Below, piece by piece: positions 1 to 12,826 of a stretch of 53,308 nucleotides of DNA; position 1 is the stretch's first letter, and each line of letters opens with the position of its first letter. This DNA is from Prorocentrum cordatum (taxonomy: Eukaryota). Made by a program: the position numbers and the translations under genes. The stretch spans positions 62,001 through 115,308 of the forward strand of contig CAUYUJ010000328.1 of NCBI GenBank assembly GCA_963575745.1, read 5' to 3'. The notes beneath the pieces were generated by a model. The model was not told where the DNA came from, ran no database searches, and worked only from the letters and a program-made list of their open reading frames with translations.

Positions 1-325
1 AGGAGGAGGAGGAGGAGGAGGTGGTGGGAGGAGAGGGAGGTGGGAGGATCGGAAAGTTGACGAGGAGGACGGGGACGAGCGAGGAGGAGAGGTGGAGGAC
101 GAACGAGTAGGGGGAGGGGGGGAGGTGGAGGACGAACGAGTAGGGGGAGGGGGGGGCTGAAGGAGGAAGATGAACGCAGTGGAGGACGAACGAGTAGGGG
201 GAGGGGGGGAGGTGGAGGACGAACGAGTAGGGGGAGGGGGGGGCTGAAGGAGGAAGATGAACGCAGTGCACTGCAATGCAACGTATTGTGCGACTGTGCC
301 AAAAACAGCAAATTGATGCAAGGTT

Positions 326-503
326 TCAGGGTGTACATGCTAAGGGGGGAGGGAGGAGGAAGACGAGGAGCAGGAGGAGGAGGAGGAGGAGGAGGAGGAG
401 GAGGAGGAGGCGCACGAGGAGGAGGACGAGGAGGAAGAGGAGGAAGATGAGGAGGAGGAGGAGGAGGAGCAGGAGGAGGAGGAGCAGCAGGAGGAGGAGG
501 AGG
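326..503. repeat. (GGA)n microsatellite tract; similar (GGA)n/(CCT)n tracts at 1935-2770, 3295-3535, 10115-10415, 21160-21360, 25480-25620, 35470-35530, 37445-37585, 40520-41115
   Basis: Direct reading; these tracts generate the poly-R/E/G/S/L/P ORFs in the track. Confidence 0.95.
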
Positions 504-859
504 ATGTCGGTTCTCAGGACTCCCTCAGAGGTGGAGGGGGGGGGGGTGGGGATGCGGAGGGGGAGGAGGAAGCACATCGACGGCTCCGTGGAGAAGGGGG
601 AGTGTGATGAGGGGAAGGAGTTTCCCTGCCGCGTGCCTGATCGCTCTGGCCCGGTGTGGTGGTCGCCCCAGAGGAGCGAGCGCGGGAGGAGGGTGGCGGA
701 GGGGGAGCGGGCTTGCGGGCGGGCGCGGGGGCGAACTGGCGGTCTGTGCGAGCGTGCGTGCGGGCGGGCGGGCGCGCGGGCGGGCGGGCGTGCAGGCGGG
801 CGGGCAAGAAGGCGGGCCCGCGGGCGGGTGGTTCGGCGGGCGGTTGGGCGGGCGGGCGG

Positions 860-1108
860 CGTCGTCGTCGTCGTCTTCGTCGTCATGGTCGTCGTCGTCA
901 TTGTCGTCGTCATTTTCGTCGTCGGCGTCGGTGTCATCGTCGTTGTCGTCGTCGTCGTCCGTCGTCGTTGTGGTCGTCGTCATCGTCTTCGTCTTCGCCG
1001 CCGCCGCCGTCGTGTCGTCGTCCTCGTCCTTGTCCTCGTCCTCGTCCTCTTCCCGTCCTCATCCTCGCCCTAGTCCTCGTTCTCGTCGTCGTCGTCGTCG
1101 TCGTCTTC
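860..1108. repeat. (GTC)n microsatellite, preceded by (GGCG)n
   Basis: Direct reading. Confidence 0.9.
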
Positions 1109-1139
1109 GTGCGCATTGTGCTGTTCTTCTCCGCGGCGT

Positions 1140-1900
1140 TGCCCCCCCAGCCGTTGCCACGTGTCGAGTAGGGTGGGATTGTATGTGTTTGTCCCGCGCG
1201 GCAGCGCTACGTGATGCGTTGAGTGTACTTCTACTTCCTGCTCGCCCCCCATGTCGCTGCCACGCGGCGAATGGAGTGGGATCGCATTTTTTGTTTATAT
1301 CTCATGCCTTGCCACGTGGCGCGGCCGTGTGGCGAGACGACAGGAGTAGCATGTGTTGCCGCCCCGCTTCGCTGCCACGTGCCGAGAGGGATGGAGTAAT
1401 TCTGTTTCGCCCCGCGGGCGCTGCCACGAGGTGAGTACATTGGATTAGTACTTGGCATCGCTCGGGCGTGTGCATTTTTCCTTCGGCGAGGACCATCGAG
1501 GAGCATCCCTGATCATTCGGCGAGAAAGCCACGCACGAGAGCGAACAAAACACGGGGAATGGACGTCCGAGCGATGGCCAGAGTATGTGCTCCCCCCTCC
1601 GAGCGCTGCCACGCGGCAAGGAGCGTGGGGCAGTAGTTGTTTCGCTCCCCCGGTGCTGCCACATGGCGAGTAGAGTCAACAACATATGTTTCCACCTCGC
1701 GGGCGTTACCACGTGGTGAGTCGTGAAGTGGAGTAGTTTGTGTTGCGATTTCCAGTCGCTGCCACCTGGCAATTCGCGTGGATAATCATTTGTAACCGTC
1801 CCGCAGGCGCTGCCACGTCGCGAGGAGAGTGGAGTAGCACAGTTGTTCGCCCCCCAGGCTTTCGCCACGTGGCGAGTAAGGTGGAATAGTTTCAGTTTCC
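1140..1900. repeat. Degenerate ~51-bp tandem array with a palindromic GCCACGTGGC core
   Basis: gctgccacgtggcgagtag-like motif recurs at about 1153, 1204, 1255, 1310, 1371, 1420, 1604, 1655, 1704, 1758, 1809, 1863. Confidence 0.75.
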
Positions 1901-3544
1901 GCCCCGCAGGCGCTGCGGCGTGCCGACTAGAGGAACGAGGGAGGAAGGAAAAGGAGGGACGAGGAGGGAGGAACGAGGAGGGAGAGGGGGGGGCGAGAAG
2001 GGAGGAGGCAGAAGGGAGGAGGGTGGAGGGCGCAGGAGGAAGATGAGAGAGGAGTGAGGGAGTAGGGAGGAGGTAGGAGGGAGGCGGGAGGAGAAGTGAG
2101 AGGAGGCAAGAGGCAAGAGGAGGAGGAGGAGGAGGAGGAGGAGGAGGGATGGGGGACGAGGGAGGAGAGGAGGGTAGGAGGCGTGGGAGGACGAGCGAGG
2201 AGATGGAGAAGGAGGAGGGGGGAGGAAGGGCAGGTGGGAGGAGCGGAAGGAGGACGAGGAGGACGGGGACGAGCGAGGAGGAGAAGTGGATGACGAACGA
2301 GAGGGGATTGGCCGAGGAGGAGGGGGGGGGGAGGGGAGGAGGAGGAGGGGGAGGATGAGAAGGAGGAGGAGGAGGAGGAGGAGGAGGAGCAGCAGGAGGA
2401 GGAGGAGAAGCAGGAGAGGAGGAGGACGAGGATGAGGAGGAGGAGGAGGAGGAGGAGGAGGAGGAGGAGGAGGAGGAGGAGGGAGCAGGAGAGGAGGAGG
2501 AGGAGGAGGAGAGGAGGAGGAGGAGGAGGGAGGGAGAGGAGGAGGAGGAGGAGGAGAGGAGGAGGAGGAGAGAGGAGAGGAGGGAGGAGGAGGAGGAGAG
2601 GAGGGAGGAGGAGGAGGAGGAGGAGAGGAGAGGACAGGAGGAGGAGAGGAGGAGGAGGAGGAGGGAGGGACGAGGATGAGGAGGAGGAGGAGAGGAGGGA
2701 GGAGGAGGAGGAGGAGGAGGAGGAGGAGGAGGAGGCAGGGGAGGAGGCAGGGGAGGAGGGGGTGGAAGAGGACGAGGCGGATGCGAGACTGCTCATCGAG
2801 GGTGTCGGGGTTGGCCGCTGCTGGGGTTTCGGGTTTCGCTCCTTCGGATTTTCGGGTTCCCGCCGGTTTCCGAGTTTAGCTCTCTCTCTCTCTCTTTGTC
2901 TCCCTCTCTCTCTCTCTCTCTCTGGATTCTCGGGTCGGGCGCCAGATTTTCGGGTCTCGCCTCGGTTTTTTTTTTCGGGCTCACCCCCCTGCCCCAGGGG
3001 GCCGAGGCAGAGGGAGGAGGGGCAGGAGGAAGGGCAGGAGGAGGGGCAGGAGGGGCAGGAGGAGGGGCGAGGGGCAGGAGGAGGGCGAGGGGCAGGAGGA
3101 GGGGGAGGAGGGCAGGAGGAGGGGCTGGGGGAGGGAGGCGGCCCCCCCTCTTGCCCGCGCGTGCCCCCGCGGGCTCTCGCGCCTCCCTGGCCCCGCTGCG
3201 GCCCCGGTAAGCACGCGCGCGAGCCTCGACCTGCGAAGTGTGCCGGCCTCCAGCCTCGCTCCTCGATCGGGGCGGCGGCGGCTGGGCAGCCACCCGGGAG
3301 GAGGAGGGGTGGGAGGAGGAGGAGGAGGAGGAGGAGGAGGAGGAGGAGGAGGAGGAGGAGGAGGAGGAGGAGGAGGAGGAGGGTGGAGGAGGAGGAGGAG
3401 GAGGAGGAGGAGGAGGAGGAGGAGGAGGAGGAGGAGGAGGAGGAGGGGGGGGGATGAGGAAGGGGAGTGAGAGAGGGAGGAGGAGGAGGAGGAGGAGGAG
3501 GAGGAGGAGGAGGAGGAGGAGGAGGAGGAGGAGGGGGATCTGAG

Positions 3545-3825
3545 GCGGGGATATGTCCATAACCACCGCCTGGAGCATCGATCTTCGCGGACCTCCACGG
3601 GCGATGGATATGGATACTATTCTATATATATATATATATACATGAACATATTCATATGTATGCATATGTATATATAGAGATATCTCTATATATATATGTA
3701 TACATACCATCTCTATATATATGCACATATATGGCCCCCCCGTGGGCCAACATGTATCCATATCTATTGCCCTCTGGGGCACCAGGACGTCGGTTTCCAG
3801 GCGGCGGATATGAATACATCTCCGC
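3545..3825. mobile_element. MITE-like element with imperfect TIRs around a (TA)n core
   Basis: gcggggatatgtccataaccaccgcctgga...gggcgatggatatggata is inverted relative to tatccatatctattgccc...tccaggcggcggatatgaatacatctccgc. Confidence 0.55.
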
Positions 3826-4833
3826 GTCGCAGAGGATTAGAATCGAGGATCGAGGATCAGGATTGAGGCTTTGGGTGCACCTGGATCTGTTTGAGGAGGC
3901 GAGGGCAGGGTGCGAGCGGCTTCTCAGGCGTCGCGCGGGCCCGAGGGGGAGAAGGAGGATCCCAGACCCCCGACGTCGTGACTTTTTGGCAGCGCGGCTC
4001 TCGAGGAGGTCCGAGCCCAGGGACGTGCAACGTCTCGACAAGATCACGACGGAGATTTTTCTCGTCGGCTGCGGCCTCTCGGGGCCCTTGCAGGGCCCTG
4101 GAACTGTCAACAACGACTCGGGGTAATAAGCTGGTCCGGGGGAATAGGTCTGAGTATGAGTAGGTCTGAGTCTGAGTAATTTTGTGTGTGAGTAAGTCTG
4201 GGTAGGAGCAAATCTGAGTGTGAGTCAGTCTGTGTACGAGTAAGTCTGGGAGTGAGGAGGAGAGGGGAGGAGAAGGAGAGGGAGGAGACGTCGGCGGCAT
4301 CCAAGAAATCACGCAAACCCCACCTCAGGATATGGGGCAGAAGCTGGGCCGGGGGAGAGGGTCCCGGAGACCCCGTGCCGAACACGCCGAGGACGCCGCG
4401 TGCCGGGCCGGGGGCGCACGCGGGGCGCTCCCTGGAGGCGGCCCTCTGCCGTCGAGGTCTCCCGGGCGTGGGCAGCTCCGCCTCGGCGCGGGGGGCACGG
4501 CGGAAGCACCGCGGGGGCGCCCCTCTCTCGGCGGAAGCTGGCCCGCGGGCGGCCAGAGGCCCGCACACGTCACTCGGCATCGCGCGGACGGACGTGTGCA
4601 TTGTTTCCTTCGGCGAGGGCCCTCGAGGAGCATCCGTGATCTGATCGTGTGGCGAAGAAGCCACGCACGAGGCCGAACAAAAAGCACCGGGCATGGAGTG
4701 CCCCTCCGAGAGTTAGGCCAACGTGCTTGGAGTGCAGCAGGGCCCGTGCGCGAGCCACGCACGCAGCGCTCCAGAGAGAGGGCCTGTGCCTCCGAGGATG
4801 GAGAGAGAGAGAGAGAGCTGGCATCTCCTCCTC

Positions 4834-5031
4834 TCGGGCAGGGCGACAGAGGGGGAATGGGAAAGGGGGGTTACGAAATTTGGGGAATGCAGCTGTTCTC
4901 CCCCGCCGAGGGGCCCACTCCTCGATACATAATTAGCCGCCTCCGGCGCCGGGAGGCGCCGGGAAAATCAGCGACGTGAGCGGATTCTCACCCCCCCCCC
5001 CTTTGCTATCCCCCCCTGTCGCCCGACCCGA
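4834..5031. mobile_element. MITE, TIR TCGGG..GGGCGACAG / CTGTCGCCC..CCCGA, TSD TCCTC (5 bp, extendable to 8 within a CCT tract)
   Basis: Inverted termini, duplicated flank tcctc(ctc), second copy at 12659-12826. Confidence 0.75.
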
Positions 5032-5966
5032 TCCTCCTCGGCGAGCGGCCGGCGGAGGAGAAGGCGGCGGGAGGCAGAGCGGGGGCGGCGGCGCCCAGCG
5101 GAGTCTCGACGGAAGCTGGCGCAAGTGCTATAGAAGTCGGCAGCCCAGGAGACGGCAAGGTTTTGTGGCTCGCGGCTGCTCGGAAGCAGCTCCTGGGAGG
5201 TCAGATTCTGGTTTCGCCCTGGTCCGAAAGCCGGCGCGCAAACCGGCGCAATCCCGTTGAATCCGGCTCAATCCCGCGCAGTCCGGCTAAATCCTGCTTG
5301 GTCCGAGGCCCACTCCGGCGTAACAGCTCCCAAATGGGGCTTCATCCTCTTTAATTCTTTCTGACGACAACCTCCCAGTAGTTGCTTCCTAATGGCTTCC
5401 ATATTCTGCCGCGTGGGGGCCCTGCCCCATGTGGCTCATCCGTTCGGGTCGGCAGGGCCCCACCCAGTGGGGGGTCAGGAGCCGCGAGCAGACAAGGGGC
5501 GAGGGTGGGTCGGAGGAGTAGAAGGCTGCATAGGCATAGGCTTTCAGAGGTCTGCGCGGATTTCTTGGGATCGGCGCTGGGCCTTCCCGGCGGCGCATGC
5601 AGCTCCATCCCTGGCTCGCTCCACGCGCCAGGGAGGGGATCCCAGCGCCGTGCCAAGAAGTCCGTGCCGAGCTCTGAAGGTTTGTGTTTATGCAGTTGAT
5701 TCTGCTCCGAGCAAGGCCTCGCTTGTGAATCACTGGCGCTCACATCCGACGTCGCGTTTTTTTGTTGGTTCACATCGTGGTTCCACAGGTCTGGTCCCTT
5801 TCCTGGGGCCCCGTTTTTCGACGGCCCCCCAAGCCTGATGAGGGCCCCCAGAGGCCAGAAACGGCCAGACACCTCCCAAGCTGCTTGTTTCCCGCGACGC
5901 GAGAAGGTCAGGGGTTGGTCCTGGCCGACTGGCGCTGATGCCAGGGCTCACACGCCACTGCCTGGG

Positions 5967-6460
5967 CGACGACGGCAACGACGACAAGGACGGCGACGAC
6001 GACGACCACGGCGACGACCACGACGACGACGACGACAACGACGGCGACGACCACGACGACGGCGACGACGGCGACGACGACGGCGGCGACGACGACGACG
6101 ACGACGATCCCGACGGCGGCGGCGACGACGAGCCGCAGGCAGCTCTCGATGGAGGAGCGCCGCGCGCGCCCTCCCCCCGTCGCTGTCGTTGCCGCCGCCG
6201 CCGTCGTCGCCGTCGTCGTCGCCGTCGCCGTCGGCGTCGTCGTCGCCGTCGTCGTTGCCGTCGTCGTCGTCGTCGTCGTCGTCGGCGTCGTCGTCGTCGC
6301 CGCCGTCGTCGTCGCCGTCGTCGTCGGCGTCGCCGTCGTCGTCGCCGTCGTCGTCGGCGTCGTCGCCGTCGCCGGCGTCGGCGTCGTCGTTGGCGTCGTC
6401 GCCGTCGTCGGCGTCGCGTCGTGGTCGTCGTCGTCCTCGCCGCCGTCGCCGCCGCCGCTG
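5967..6460. repeat. Head-to-head (GAC)n and (GTC)n microsatellites separated by ~45 bp
   Basis: 5967-6131 GAC/GGC repeats; 6176-6460 GTC/GCC repeats. Confidence 0.85.
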
Positions 6461-6489
6461 ACAGCCTCGCCGCGGTGCAGAAATGGCGA

Positions 6490-6900
6490 CGGGAGGTTTT
6501 TGGGTGTTCTTGGCACGCGACTTTTGGGCCCCGGGGCCGTCAAAAGGCGACTCAGGATGAGAAACCGGTCCCAGGGACTGTGTCGAGAACTCTGGGGGCG
6601 ATGTTCTGAACAAATCACGACGTCGGAGGTCTGGGGACATGCTCGCGTTGTGAGAAACTCAGCAAGGGGAGCTCTCTGGCCGTTTCCGGCTTCTTGGGGC
6701 CCTCACTCGGCCCCAGGGCCGTCAAGAGACGACTCGGGATGAAAAGCCAGTCTTGGGGAAATGGTCGGGACCTCTGGGGACTCCGCATTGAAGGACTCGG
6801 GACGTCGAAGGTCTGGGTACGGGGCCCCCGGAAGTCTCGACCCACGTCCCGGGACCGGCGCTTTACCCCGAGTCGTTTTTTCTCGGTCCCAGGGCCCAGC
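6490..6900 (+). repeat. Dispersed repeat family (gggccgtcaaaaggcgactcaggatgagaaaccggtcccag...); other copies near 7735-7860, 8385-8500, 9045-9120, 12335-12420, 51530-51610
   Basis: Recurrent diverged ~100-200-bp motif seen by eye. Confidence 0.6.
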
Positions 6901-7278
6901 GAGAGCCCCCATGCAAAGGCCGCAATCGGCGGCAACCTCCTTTTTATTATTTTTGTTTGCTAATGATTTTCTGCCCCCTGTCATGCATCCTCACCTTCGG
7001 ATGCAGCTCCTGTCAGGTCAAATTCTGACTCTCCCCTGGTCCGACATGTGGCTCAATTCCGCTGAACCCCGCGTGTATTGCAGTTTGATGACGCTGAGCC
7101 CGCGGCCTAAGTCGACGAAGCAGCCCACGAACTGGGGCTCGCCTCATCCTCATCCTTCTGACGAAGACCTCCTAGCAGTTGCCCCGAATGTGTCCTCGGC
7201 CTGGCTTCTTGCGGCAGCTGCCCTGCGCGCCAGCTGGTAGGGCGTCCCGCAGAGCCGGGGCGCCAGGTAGCGGCTGCC

Positions 7279-7375
7279 GGCCTCGTCGGCCCGCTTGCAC
7301 TGCTGCTGCTGCTGCCGCTGCTGCTGCTGCTGCCGCTGCTGCTGCTGCCGCTGCTGCTGCTGCTGCTGCTGCTGC
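7279..7375. repeat. (CTG)n microsatellite
   Basis: Direct reading. Confidence 0.9.
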
Positions 7376-10300
7376 TTCCTTCTCTTCTTGTTGCTCGTCC
7401 TTTCCCTGCTGCTCTACAGCCGAGCACTTGATTAAGAAGCCTTCTCCCCAAAAGCTGGGCCAGCCACGCCGTTCGACGCTCCCTGCGAGGACCTCGAGAA
7501 TTCTTCATTGATCAGCGGGCGACCCAAAAGTTCTCGGGCTGGTGGCAAATAAGCTAGCTGCCCGGAGATCCGACGCCCCCGGAGAGATCCGACGCCTCGA
7601 GCAGAACGTCGAGGCACCCCGAAGAACAACATCACGACTGGAGCCCCAGACCCCCTCTTCCCAGACCCCCTTGGGTCACGAGCAAAAAAAACAGGACCGA
7701 AGATCCGTCGTTCTTGGCGGCCTCCGGGGGCCCTCGGGGCCGTCAGGAACGACGATCAGGCTGAGAAGCCGGCCCCAGGGGGTGGGTCGAGAGCTCTGGA
7801 GGTCGACGTCACACGACATCATGACGTCGGGGGTCTCTGGGTTCCTGCGCCACTCCTCGAGCCGGATCAATCTGTGAGGGCCCTGGTCGGAAACTGGACC
7901 GTACACATTACCAGTGGCGGGCTGTTTCTCAATCCCCGGATTTTTCGAGGGTCGGGGACGACGTCGGGGTGGTGTGGTGTATAATTGTTTCCCCGTTGTC
8001 CCGTGGAGGCAACAAAACATGTATACACCAGGATGCCGTATGCATCAGAATCCGTTTTCTTGTGCGGATCTCAGTGCAACAGAATCCGTTTTCTTGTGCG
8101 GACCGGAAAAAAGCATCGGTGTATAAATCAGGAGGGGAAGAAACACACAGACACAATTAATCGTCGACTCCCCAGAAATATGGGAAAATATGGGAAGTGG
8201 GAGGGAAGACAAAAACCCAGAAAATGTAGGAAAACATGGGGGAATCCTGTTATTTGTGTGTGTGTGTGTGTATCTATTTGTGTGCCCCAGGGCCCCTTCA
8301 ATCAAGTTCGGTTCCTCACCTGGGGCCCAGATCGGGGCGACAAGGCCTGGCTCGAAAGCATGGAGGCGTCATGAGCTCAGGGCCGAGAGAAGCGGTCCCG
8401 GGGGGGGGATGGGTCCAGAACTCTGGAGGTCGGCGCCGTGCAAAAAAGTCATGGCGTCGGGGGCCTCGGGGTCTCCGCGCCGCTCCTCGACGCCTCGAGC
8501 CGCATCGGACGGAGGCGCCTGGAGCTCAGGGCCGAGAGCGGCGGCGGCGGCCTCGCCGCCGGGGCCGCCGGGTCTTGCGGCGCCTCGCGGGGGGGCGGCC
8601 CGTTTGAAGCGCCAGGGTCTCAGGGACCGTGAAGCCCGCCCCAGGGATCCGAGGATGTTATTGTTTGATCGCTTCGCTCATTCCGCCGGCCCTGGAGCGC
8701 TATTTGGGGCCTCTTGGGGCCGTCTTGGGGGCTTCTTGGGGGCTTCTTGGGAGCGTCTTGGGGCTCTTTGGCGGTGTATTGGGCTCCCCTGGGGCCTCTT
8801 GGGACCGTGAAGCCCGCCCCAGAGATCCGAGGATGTTATTTTGTGAATCTGGCGGCTTTTCCTGGAGTTCGGCCTGGGGCTGTAAAAAAGCGGATCCGGG
8901 GCGAAAAGCCACCCCGGGGGAAGCGGTCGATACCTTTGGGGGGCCGCGGATTGGAAAAGTCATATCGGCGACCGTCTGGGTCGGGTCATGAGGAAGGCAT
9001 GGCGGCATGTGTTTCGCGCTATTTTCATCCTCCAGGGGCCCTTACCGGGCCTCGGGACCGTCAAAGAACGACTCAGGATGAGAAGCCAGTCCTGGGCCCT
9101 GGGGAATGGGTCCCCGGCCCCTAGATGAGCATCGAAGACTTCGCAGATATTCAGGAGGGAAAACACACAGATAACAAGAATCGTCGATTCCCGGGAAGCT
9201 ATAGAAGATATGGGATAAGTGGAGGGGGAGAGGGGCATCCAGAAGATATGGAACATTTGGTAAATCTATGGATTTGTGACAATTTATTTGTGTATCCCTG
9301 GGCCCCTTCGCAGATGGGGTCCGAGCAGCTGGGGTCGGATGATCGCCCCGCATCGCTGGTGCGACGCTGATGCATTGGGGATGCGGCTCGGTGTGATTTC
9401 AGATTTTTTCCGCGCCGACGTCGTCTCCAATCCCTCCGACCCCGTTTACTCGGACCCCATTTGGGAGGCCTCGTTTGGTGGGGGTCTCCAGACCCCAGAT
9501 CAGGGTACCCAGTCCCCAGGTCAGGGTACCCAATCCCCAAATCAGAATCCCCAGTCTCCAGATCTAGGGGCCGCGCCCAGTAACGCGGTTGCTGTGCGGG
9601 AGTATCGGGCATGGAGAGAACACCCAGACAAGTCGACTGAGAAAATCTGCACTTGTTCACTCGACTTTGGTACTCGAGTGTGCTGGTGCAGTTCCCAGTC
9701 TGTTTACGTAGAGTCAATCGACGCGCGTTTCGCCGGACACGTTTGACCGGACGTGGATTGAGCGAGGATGAATCCGTTCCAGAGCGTTCCGGAACGCTCT
9801 CAGAGCGTTCCAGAAGGCTCTGAGAAAGCCGCGGCGCCCCAGAGCCGCCGGATCTCAGAGATTATCGGCTTGTCCTCCCCCGATGTTATCCTTGCCCTGC
9901 GCTCGGAAGGCGGCACGTGAAGGCTGCCCCCTGGCAGCCTTCGCGCAAGGGTGATTTTTGCCAGAGGCTGTTCTCTCTCTCCGCGAGGGCGTCGGGAGAC
10001 GAGATGTTCGGTTTCGGGGCTTCCTGGAGGTCTTTGGAAGTCCGAGGGCCTCCTGAGCAGCGATCGTCCCAGGGCAAGGCGCGGCCCAGGCATGCGGTGC
10101 CCCGGTGTTTGTCAACTCCTCCTCCTCCTCCTCCTCCTCCTCCTCCTCCTCCTCCTCCTCCTCCTCCTCCTCCTCCTCCTCCTCCTCCTCCCCTCCTCCT
10201 CCTCCTCCTCCTCTCCTCCTCCTCCTCCTCCTCCTCCTCCCTCCTCCCTCCTCCTCCTCCTCCTCCTCCTCCTCCTCCTCCTCCCCTTCCTCCTCTCCTC

Positions 10301-10526
10301 CTCCTCCTTCCTCCTCCTCCTCCTTCCCCCTCCTCCTCCTCTCCTCTCCCCTCCCCTCCTCCTCCTCCTCCTCCTCCTCCTCCTCCTCCTCCTCCTCCTC
10401 CTCCTCCTCCTTCTCTTGATTCCCGGGAAGTCTCGAAGACTATGCCCAGGACGGGCGTTTCTGTCCTGAGCCGTTTTTGTCACGATCCTGGACGAGGCCG
10501 AAAACGGCGAAAAGTGCTCCGTATTG

Positions 10527-12298
10527 TTCCCAACCGTACTGCGGCATGGGGTCCCCGTTTTGAAGAGACAGCGCCCCGCGTCACTTCACATCCTCCTACC
10601 TCCTCCCTCCTCCCATCCTTGCCTCTGCCCTCCGCACAGCTATTCAGGCACCATGTCGGCACATCCCTCACGCGCTTCGTGACCCCGTAGGGAGCTCCAT
10701 CGAGGGCCTCCGTTGGGAGTTCGCATGCTGCCGCCGGACCCATTGCGGCACACCCATGACACGTTCTGTGGCCCCTATCGGGAGCTCCACCGAGGGCCTC
10801 CGTGATGAGTTCGTATGCGTCCGCCCAGGCCATTTCGGCACATCCTTCACGCTTCGTGGCCCCATGGGGAGCTCCACCGAGGGCATCCGTGGTGAGTTGG
10901 CATGCGACCGCCCGACCCATGTCGGCACACCCCTCACACGTCTCGTGGTCCCATAGGCCGGTGGCGAAGTTCGCATGCGGTCCCGCCATCCACTGGCACG
11001 CCCCTCGCACGCGTCGTGGCCCCATTGGGAGCTCCACCGAAGGTCCCGGTGGCGCAGTTCGCATGCGTCCGCCCAATCAAGTCGGCACACCCATCGCACG
11101 TGATGTGGCCCCATGAGGAACTCATTCGAAGGCCTCCGTCGTGAGTTTGCATGCGTCCGCCCGACACATGTCGGCACACCCCTCACACGTTTCGTGTCCC
11201 CATCGGGAGCTCCACCGAGGGCCCCCGTAGCGAGTTCGAATGCGTCCACCCGGCCAATGTCGGCACACCCCTCCCACGTGTCGTGGCCCCATGGGGAGCT
11301 CCACCGAGGGCATCCGTGGTGAGTTCGCACGCATCGGCCCGACCCATTCCGGCACACGCTCCGTGGCCCCATCGGGAGCTCCACCGAAGGTCCCAGTGCC
11401 GCAGCCCGCATGCGTCCCCCGTGCCCACTTCGGCGCACCCCTCACATGCTTCGTGGCCGCTTAGGGAGCTCCACTCAAGTCGATACTCAGCACGACGTAC
11501 TTGCAACTTCTGCTTTGGCTCGGGGGCCTTCCCAACGGGGGTCCGCCCCCTCCACCTTCGCGGCGGAGACCCCGGGAGGCCTTGGCGGCGAGGGGGGGTC
11601 CACGCCGGGTGCGCGGTGGCTGCGCGGGCGAGCTCCGAGGCCATCGAATGCGGGAGGGAAGCATGCAGAGATCCAACGTGCTGAAAGCATTCTCCTGGCG
11701 AAGGTCCCAACCACATGCGGTTGTGAGTATAGCCGTTGTGGGTATCTGCCTCATGGGGCCACGAAGCGAGTAAAGGGCGTGCCGAAACGGGGCGGGGACG
11801 CATGCGGGCGCTGCCATTGGGGCCTTCGGTGGCCCTCCATATGGGGCCACGAAACGTGTGATGTGTGTGCCGAAACGGAGCAAGGCCGCTATGCGAACGC
11901 CACCACTGGGACCTTCGGTGGAGCTCCGTGTGGGGCCACGAAACGTGTGAAGTATGCCGGAGTGGAAGGAGGGGAGCGCATGCGAGCGTCGCCACTGGGG
12001 CCTTCGGTGGAGCTCCGTGTGGGGCCACGAAACACGTGAGGGGTGTGCCGACATGGGCGGGGGGAGACGCATGTGATCACAGCCAGAGTGGCCTTCGGTG
12101 GAGCTCCTTATAGGACCACGAAACGCTGTACTGGGTGACGCGGACGCATGTGAGCTCCCTATGAGACCACAAAGCGCCGTACTGGGTGCGGAGGGCAGAT
12201 GCAGGGATGGGAGGAGGAAGGAGGAGAGGAGAGGAGAGGAAAGACGCGGGGCCCTGTCTCATCAAAGCGAGGACCCAACACTACAGGATGGTTGGGAA
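10527..12298. mobile_element. Foldback-type non-autonomous element: ~110-bp TIRs plus inverted internal arrays of an ~87-bp unit
   Basis: TTCCCAACC...GAGACAGCGCCCCGCGTC...CTGCCCTCCGCAC (10527-10637) is the reverse complement of about 12187-12298; about 10 forward units (10650-11475), about 5 reverse units (11750-12180), unique core 11476-11750. Confidence 0.8.
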
Positions 12299-12658
12299 GC
12301 AGGACGGGAGGTTTTGAACAGTTTGCGGCCTCTTGGGGCCATCGCCGGGCCTGGGGACGTTCGAAGAACGAGTCAGGATGAGGCGCCGGTCCCGGAGAAA
12401 GGCTTGGGACTTCCGGGGGCCGCGCATTGAATCATCCAGGCGAGAGGCCCCAACGTATGCAGTAGAGAGTAGCGCAGTTGTGAGTGTCGTGTTCGGTGGA
12501 GTTGCCCATGGTGCCATGAAGCGTGTGAGGGGTGCGCCGAGGTGGGTGCGGGACCGCATGCGAACGTCGCCACGGGCCGTCGGTGGGATCTCAAAGACCA
12601 CGTCGCACCGGTTGGCTCGGCACTCGAGGGGCGTTGTCGGCCATCGTTCACGCAGGGC

Positions 12659-12826
12659 TCGGGCGGGTTGCGAAATCTGCTGCATGCAGCTGGTTTCGGC
12701 CCCACCGAGGGGCCCATTCCTCGACACATGGCCGCCTCCCGGCGCCGGGAGGCGCCGGGAACATCAGCTACGTGAGCTGATTCTCAACCCCCCCCCTTTG
12801 CTATCCCCCCCTTTCGCCCGGCCCGA
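12659..12826. mobile_element. Second, internally deleted copy of the TCGGG...CCCGA MITE, TSD AGGGC
   Basis: Shares ccggcgccgggaggcgccggga...tttgctatccccccct with 4834-5031; agggc at 12654-12658 and 12827-12831. Confidence 0.7.

Noticed and set aside
276..3600. Long ORFs rich in R/E/G/S/P/L/V (and similar ones throughout the window)
   Set aside because: Translations of GGA, CCT, GTC and GGCG microsatellites, open in several frames and on both strands
10480..12113. Repeat-protein ORFs (GAPxGATKRVRGVP, WGHETCEGCA)
   Set aside because: Translations of the ~87-bp foldback unit, with frames shifting between units
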